The position numbers and the translations under genes are program-made. From positions 9,455 through 73,454 of the forward strand of contig CAKPCJ010000001.1 in the NCBI GenBank assembly GCA_934141575.1: 64,000 nucleotides of DNA, written 5' to 3'. Below, piece after piece: positions 58,466-64,000 of the stretch. The DNA is from an uncultured Bacilli bacterium. Its GTDB lineage: Bacteria; Bacillota_I; Bacilli_A; RF39; UBA660. Every line of letters starts with the position of its first letter. The first letter of the stretch is position 1. Under the pieces are notes generated by a model, which was not told where the DNA came from, ran no database searches, and worked only from the letters and a program-made list of their open reading frames with translations.

Positions 58466-60193
58466 TTAAGATTTTATATTTAAAAAATCAACCTTATCAT
58501 ACTTAGGTATTATGGTTTTAGGTGTACCCAAATCAATTATGTGTCCATTTTCTATTACTATAATACAATCCATATCCTTAAGAGTTGATAATCTATGAGC
58601 AATACATATTATTGTTTGATCACTAAAATATTTTGTAATGTTCTGTTGAATTCTAAATTCAGTATTATTATCTAAACTACTCGTTGCTTCATCAAATATA
58701 ACAATTTTTGAATTTCTTAAAAATATTCTAGCCAAAGCAATCCTTTGACGTTGCCCACCGGATAGTTTAATGCCTCTTTCTCCTACAATAGTATTATACT
58801 TATCATCAAGCCCTTCTATAAAATCATGTAACTCAGCCCTTTTAGCAGCAGTTACTATTTCATCATAACTTGCATCAGGATTAGCGATTTTGATATTTTC
58901 AAAAATAGTAGAATGTAAAAGTATAGTTTCTTGTGGAACATAAGTTAAACTATCATATATTGATTCTGCACTATAACAACTAATATCCTGATTATCAATT
59001 AAAATTTTGCCACTTTGTGGAGTATAAAACTTAAAAAGTAAATTTACAAGCGTAGTCTTACCACTTCCACTTACACCAATAATGCCTATCTTTTGTTTAT
59101 CTTTTATTGACATATTAAAATTTTGTAAAACATTATGTTTAGTATATCTAAAAGTTACATCTTCAAACTTAATAGTTCCATTATTAACTTCTAATTTTTT
59201 ACCACTATTATCTTCCAAATCAGTATCACTATACAACAAATCATAACTATTTCTAATTTTTACAAATATCTCTCCAATATGAATATAAGACCAAGTAAAA
59301 CTTGTGGTTGCTGATTTAAGTGAAATCATTGCATTTATAAAAAATATAAAATTACCTAATGTCATTAAAGAATTAGAATATAAATTAATAGAATAAAGTA
59401 ACAAAATCGCAAATGTAATTATGTATACTACATTAGCTATAGCACCAAAAGTAAATTCTCTCGAAGAAGCTTTATTTTTATAAAAATTAGCATCTTCTTT
59501 TTTGGATTTTAGTGTTTCAGAAAATTTTTCAACCGCACCATAAACTTTTAAAGAAGTAAAATTCAAAACAGCGTCATTTAATATACCATTATATTCCCTA
59601 TTACTTTCCTGTGATTTTTGTACAAGGGGTAAATATTTTTTAGAAAAATACACTAACCTTGATATTATTATTCCTGCAAACAATATAAACGCCGTAATAA
59701 AAATTTTTACATCTATTGTATATAAAATTAATAAACTGCTGAGCATTGAAGTTAATAAGGATATAAATCCAGTAGTAATTCTGTTATTCAAATTTATTAT
59801 TTCATCATTTATTTCATTAATAGAGGATGAAATTTTACCATTATAATTATCAGTAAAAAAAGAATAGTCTCTTTTATTCAAATTATTAAATAATGTTACA
59901 GAAATATATGGTGTTTGTTTTTTAACAACAGTTATAGTTCTTACAATATTCGAAATATAATAAAAAACTAAGTCTAAAATTATAATTCCTAGCAGCAAAA
60001 GAGCAACTTTATACAAGTCAGTTATTTGAAAATTAGGATTATTAGGCAAATCAATAATCCCCTTTATTATATACTGCTTAGCAAAGTTAAGCACCTGAGA
60101 TATTATCATACTAACTACCATTACTATTGCTAAAAACTTTACAGGTTTATATAAAGATAGTACAAATTTTAAAAATTTTTTATTTCTTTTCAT
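58466..60193 (-). CDS. ABC transporter, fused permease/ATP-binding protein (exporter type)
   Basis: N-terminal 6-TM domain. Walker A GVSGSGKTT, signature LSGGQRQRIALAR, Walker B IVIFDEATS. 575 aa. Confidence 0.88.
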   Translation of the reverse strand: MKRNKKFLKFVLSLYKPVKFLAIVMVVSMIISQVLNFAKQYIIKGIIDLPNNPNFQITDLYKVALLLLGIIILDLVFYYISNIVRTITVVKKQTPYISVTLFNNLNKRDYSFFTDNYNGKISSSINEINDEIINLNNRITTGFISLLTSMLSSLLILYTIDVKIFITAFILFAGIIISRLVYFSKKYLPLVQKSQESNREYNGILNDAVLNFTSLKVYGAVEKFSETLKSKKEDANFYKNKASSREFTFGAIANVVYIITFAILLLYSINLYSNSLMTLGNFIFFINAMISLKSATTSFTWSYIHIGEIFVKIRNSYDLLYSDTDLEDNSGKKLEVNNGTIKFEDVTFRYTKHNVLQNFNMSIKDKQKIGIIGVSGSGKTTLVNLLFKFYTPQSGKILIDNQDISCYSAESIYDSLTYVPQETILLHSTIFENIKIANPDASYDEIVTAAKRAELHDFIEGLDDKYNTIVGERGIKLSGGQRQRIALARIFLRNSKIVIFDEATSSLDNNTEFRIQQNITKYFSDQTIICIAHRLSTLKDMDCIIVIENGHIIDLGTPKTIIPKYDKVDFLNIKS

Positions 60194-60321
60194 TAATTAC
60201 CACACTACTCTCAAAAACAATATACCCATTATACAAAAATATAAAAATTTATACAAGATTTTGCAATTTTTGTCAATATAATATATAATTTTAGCATATC
60301 AAAAAATAAAGAAGGTAAAAC

Positions 60322-61497
60322 ATGAAAGATATAGAAAAAATATATAAGAAAAATACATTATTTATCATATTAATTGGAATCACGGGATTTTGTTTTGGAT
60401 TACTAGACTGGGATAGCAGTTTAGTAGATTTAGTGTATTTAAAATACAACAACGCACTCTTAATCTCAATTATATCTGCCAATATAGGAACCGCAAGATT
60501 AATTGCTACTTTATTCTGTATAAAAATAAATACATCACAAAGGCCAAACTTTGTTTTTATTACTTGTATGATATTATGCTCCTTAATAGCAATTATAACT
60601 GCTTTATGCTTTGATTCTGAGCTAATTATATTATTCGTAATAACATACCTATTAGAAGTTTTAGTCTTAGAAATATTTTCAGGTTATCATTATGCTTATG
60701 CTTATAATTCATTACCTGAAGAAAGAGCAATGAATGCACACTCAAAAAGAATATCTGTTTTCAAAATTTTGCAAGCAGCTGGAATCGCAACCGCAGGTTT
60801 CATATGTTCAAAATTTGTTAACAACGCATTTTTAATGATTTCAATTTTAGTAACAATCGTTTTTATTATTGTTATAGTATTTGTTACTCAAGTAAAGAAT
60901 TTTCCCAAAACAAAGGAAGATAAAAAAACTAATATACTTAAAAGGTTAAATATATTTAAGTATACAAAATACTTTAGAAAATGGTTTATTATTCGTATAA
61001 TAGGAAAATTTGCATTATCATCATTAATAGTCTTATTATCAATAAGAGTAATAGATAATGGTCAAAACTTAGCTATATTAAAAAGTGTTAAAAGTTTATT
61101 ATGGGTTTTAAGTGGAATTGGATTTTTCCTATCTAGTTACCTAATAAAAAAAGGATGGATTGTAAAAGGAGATATCATAGCTAAAGCATTAATATCACTT
61201 TTACTTCCAGTAGTATTTGTATTCCCAAATATTATTTTTGTTATCATTTTATTAAATGGAATATTAAATCCATTTAACACTATGTCTCATTTAGAAATGT
61301 TAAGAAAAGATAATGACAATATTAATACCCCACAGAAAGATATGGTAATAAACCTTGCTGGATATATATCTAGTATGATTTCGGCTTATACATTACTAAA
61401 CATCAACAGTAATCTAGCAATAATTATAACTATGATAGCATTAGCATTAAGTACATTCTTTGAATATAAATTATACAAAAATAAATTAAATAATTAA
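60322..61497 (+). CDS. Polytopic membrane protein, MFS-transporter-like
   Basis: 391 aa, about 12 predicted TM helices in two halves. Confidence 0.45.
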   Translation: MKDIEKIYKKNTLFIILIGITGFCFGLLDWDSSLVDLVYLKYNNALLISIISANIGTARLIATLFCIKINTSQRPNFVFITCMILCSLIAIITALCFDSELIILFVITYLLEVLVLEIFSGYHYAYAYNSLPEERAMNAHSKRISVFKILQAAGIATAGFICSKFVNNAFLMISILVTIVFIIVIVFVTQVKNFPKTKEDKKTNILKRLNIFKYTKYFRKWFIIRIIGKFALSSLIVLLSIRVIDNGQNLAILKSVKSLLWVLSGIGFFLSSYLIKKGWIVKGDIIAKALISLLLPVVFVFPNIIFVIILLNGILNPFNTMSHLEMLRKDNDNINTPQKDMVINLAGYISSMISAYTLLNINSNLAIIITMIALALSTFFEYKLYKNKLNN

Positions 61498-61576
61498 GTT
61501 TCCTATATGTAAATACTGCAATAAAATTAATGCACTTAACCAAAAAATATGATAAAATCTATGATGTGGTGGTATT

Positions 61577-62026
61577 ATGAATGTTTTATTAAAAAAACTA
61601 GATTCCAATAATGAAATAGAAACATTTGCTAAATATAAAGTTAAACTTATTAAATTTCATCAACAATATGCCCAAAAATTAGGATTATTTGACAGCGTTG
61701 TAGAAAGTTATAATTTTCAAGATGCAATTCGTCATATTGATGAAAAAGGATACTTTCAATTTTTAATTTTATTAGAAAGTGAAATAATAGGAATTATAGA
61801 ATATCAAATAACTAATTCAGATATTGATAAAAATGAAATACTATATATCAAAGATATTTATATTGATGATAATTTTAGAGGAAAAGGGATTGGAAAAGAA
61901 GTAATAAATTCATTAAAAAAATTAAATTATAGGATTGAACTTGAATGTTGGTATGAAATGCCCGCTAATAACTTATATAAATCTTTAGGAATGCGAGTAA
62001 TCAAAACTCGATATATGATGAAGTAG
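61577..62026 (+). CDS. GNAT-family N-acetyltransferase
   Basis: The RGKGIGKEVINSLKK acetyl-CoA-binding motif A (R/Q-x-x-G-x-G/A) sits in the correct position. 149 aa. Confidence 0.6.
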   Translation: MNVLLKKLDSNNEIETFAKYKVKLIKFHQQYAQKLGLFDSVVESYNFQDAIRHIDEKGYFQFLILLESEIIGIIEYQITNSDIDKNEILYIKDIYIDDNFRGKGIGKEVINSLKKLNYRIELECWYEMPANNLYKSLGMRVIKTRYMMK

Positions 62027-62029
62027 TAT

Positions 62030-63214
62030 ATGGATAGTCATAATAAAAAAGTTATTTCTATAATAGTTTTTCTTAGAAAATTTGTTTCAGTATTTTTTAC
62101 ATTATTTTTCAACATATATGTATTAAAAATTGTTAATGATGTTGGAATTGTACTAAAATATAATTTAGTTGGTGTTATATTCGATGGATTGCTTTCAATA
62201 ATAATATCAAGCAAACTAAATAATAAGAATGCTAAATTTATATATAATTCAAGTTTCATTCAACTAATAATTTGTATAATTTTATTGATTACTTTAAAAG
62301 ATAATATATGTAGTTATTTATATTTATTTAGAATCCTATATTCACTAACAAAAACTTGTTACTATGTCCCATATGAAATATTAATTATGGGTTCAAATAA
62401 TCATAAAACAATGAGTAATTTTCTTGCAAACATAAATATTTTGGATTATCTAGCAACAATATTTACTCCATTTTTTTCTGGATTTGTTATAGAAAAGTTT
62501 TCGTACAATATATTGTTTATTATATTATCAATTGAAACACTACTCATCATTATAATTTCTTCACAAATTAAAAGCTTTTACGTTGATAATCAGAAAATAA
62601 ACTTAAAAGAATATTTTTCTGAAATTAAAAAATATCCTCATTTATCAAATATTTATAAATGTATGTTTTTTAGAAGAATATCATTGCAAGGCGCTATTAC
62701 AGACTTATTACCAGTATTACTATTTTTAAAGATTGGTTCAGAATTAAGTGTCGGTAGTTATAGTTCAATATTTGCAGTTATTTCAATTATTTCACTATCA
62801 ATATTAAAAATAGTTAATAAAAAGAATATCCAAAAAAGGTTTTATATTCCTTTCGCAATCATCATATTTATATCATCTATATTCCTAATTTTAAATACAA
62901 GCTTCACTACCCTATTAATATATTATATTTTAATGAATTCTCTAGGATCAGTTATTGAATCAGAAAGTTGTAGCGTTGTTTATGATGCAATAAATGTTGA
63001 TGAATTATCAAAATATAAAAGAGAACATCAAATAACATTTAATATATATATGATATTTGGTCAAATAATAAGTTATAGTTTTGCATTAATTTTATACACA
63101 TATTTCTACAATGCCAACATTTTATCAATTGCTATTAATATTATGATGTTCTTTTCAATCTTAGCAGCTACTTATCTTCAAAAAACAGAAACATATTTAA
63201 AACAAAAAAAGTAA
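62030..63214 (+). CDS. Polytopic membrane protein, MFS-transporter-like
   Basis: 394 aa, about 12 TM. Starts 4 nt after the GNAT stop. Confidence 0.45.
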   Translation: MDSHNKKVISIIVFLRKFVSVFFTLFFNIYVLKIVNDVGIVLKYNLVGVIFDGLLSIIISSKLNNKNAKFIYNSSFIQLIICIILLITLKDNICSYLYLFRILYSLTKTCYYVPYEILIMGSNNHKTMSNFLANINILDYLATIFTPFFSGFVIEKFSYNILFIILSIETLLIIIISSQIKSFYVDNQKINLKEYFSEIKKYPHLSNIYKCMFFRRISLQGAITDLLPVLLFLKIGSELSVGSYSSIFAVISIISLSILKIVNKKNIQKRFYIPFAIIIFISSIFLILNTSFTTLLIYYILMNSLGSVIESESCSVVYDAINVDELSKYKREHQITFNIYMIFGQIISYSFALILYTYFYNANILSIAINIMMFFSILAATYLQKTETYLKQKK

Positions 63215-63257
63215 AATAATAATAATTTTTTTAAGTTTCAGCAATATATAAATATTA

Positions 63258-63286
63258 AAGCTATACAAATGATATAGCTTTTTTCT
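63258..63286 (+). terminator. Rho-independent terminator after the membrane-protein gene
   Basis: aagctatacaaatgatatagctt hairpin followed by ttttt. Confidence 0.55.
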
Positions 63287-63401
63287 TAAAATTTGGAAGA
63301 GCAAAACAAGTAATAGAAAACAAAGCTCACTTAATTTGCTACAAATAGTAGCACAAATGTAAAATATTATTGCTATTAAAAATGATGAAATTTAAGTAAT
63401 A

Positions 63402-63662
63402 TTGATATCAGAAAGAAGAAATGATATTATGACATTAGGTCCAAAACTAAAGGAAATAAGAAAAAGATTTGGATTATCACAAGAACAACTCGCAGAAATA
63501 ATGAATATTTCAAGGCAAGCAATAACTAAATGGGAAAATGATGGAGGTTTACCCGATATAAATAATTTGCAAGAGTTATCAAAAATATTTGGTATAACAG
63601 TAGATTATTTGCTAAATGACAAAAACGTCTTACCTACTTTATCTATGAAAAAAATTAGATAG
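63402..63662 (+). CDS. XRE-family HTH transcriptional regulator (start may be the internal Met at 63429)
   Basis: LGPKLKEIRKRFGLSQEQLAEIMNISRQAITKWENDGGLPDINNLQELSKIFGITVDYLL is a canonical HTH_3. Confidence 0.7.
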   Translation: MISERRNDIMTLGPKLKEIRKRFGLSQEQLAEIMNISRQAITKWENDGGLPDINNLQELSKIFGITVDYLLNDKNVLPTLSMKKIR

Positions 63663-63689
63663 AAAAAAATATAAAAATAAGTTAGCGAT

Positions 63690-64000
63690 GTATAATAAGG
63701 TATTAAAGGAGTATTATCCAGAACCATATGAAATATACATCCTATCTAGAACAAGAAAATTAAATCTTATAGAAACCATAATAGACACATTCATTGCTCC
63801 AGAAATTGGTCCAGTATCAACTGCAGATGGATTAGGTAATTTGTCACCATATTACTTAGTAAAAAAAGGTGAAGTAAAATTATTAGTAAATATAAAAAAC
63901 TATGTTTTAGAAGTAACAGAATTGTCACCCACTACAAATGATAAAAAATTTGTCTATGATAAAAATAAATTTATTAATTGTGGTAAACTAAATCTTGGAA
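63690..64000 (+). CDS. 5' part of an ORF running off the window end (hypothetical)
   Basis: Open frame from the ATG at 63690 (MYNKVLKEYYPEPYEIYILSRTRKL...) with no stop before 64000. Not in the ORF track because it is unterminated. Confidence 0.3.

Noticed and set aside
1-64000. Search for tRNA, rRNA, transposase, toxin-antitoxin pairs of known families and cas genes
   Set aside because: No tRNA-like GTTCGAATC-containing cloverleaf candidates, rRNA-like conserved blocks, DDE transposase motifs or Cas signatures were seen by eye. Absence cannot be proven without tRNAscan/Infernal.

Overview
This is an AT-rich (roughly 27% GC) chromosomal segment from an endospore-forming Firmicute, Clostridia-like by gene content. 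Gene density is about one gene per kb and gene order is largely housekeeping. In order it contains: a T-box-controlled type-2 isoleucyl-tRNA synthetase (ileS); an intact pro-sigma-K gene (sigK); yqeG-yqeH; a polytopic membrane protein plus an isolated 299-aa prepilin-type protein; mutS; nusB-xseA-xseB followed directly by spoIVB and spoIIM; mnmA; a cell-wall precursor block (PGM/PMM-family mutase, a PP-loop protein translationally coupled to murD); xerD-like, rarA, and the conserved minus-strand cluster rpsU-yqeY-yqfC-yqfD-ybeY-dgkA-era-recO; a 730-aa surface protein with near-identical 168-bp tandem repeats; an acyltransferase plus a membrane pseudo-histidine-kinase/receiver protein; ppdK; a second Xer recombinase; mutL (on the opposite strand and 30 kb from mutS); a DUF368 membrane protein; tex; dipicolinate synthase dpaA/dpaB; asnB; and a probable accessory stretch at 54.2-63.7 kb. 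That stretch holds a small protein plus an AAA_21-type ATPase, an EEP-family nuclease, two unknowns, an ABC exporter, two MFS-like membrane proteins flanking a GNAT acetyltransferase, and an XRE regulator. I found no rRNA, tRNA, CRISPR array, transposase or prophage genes. The most interesting candidates are: (i) the PP-loop ATP-pyrophosphatase-like ORF overlapping murD, reminiscent of the MurD2/MurL L-Glu-ligase/epimerase route to D-Glu in peptidoglycan; (ii) a membrane hybrid 'histidine kinase' whose H-box His is replaced by Glu and whose ATP-lid is degenerate, operonic with a PlsC-like acyltransferase; (iii) a pseudopilin with an upstream multi-TM protein and no pilus machinery nearby; (iv) a two-gene AAA_21 ATPase module plus EEP nuclease in the accessory stretch; (v) an unannotated 30-aa hydrophobic ORF antisense in the spoIVB-spoIIM spacer. 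All functional calls are from motif recognition by eye; no database searches were run.
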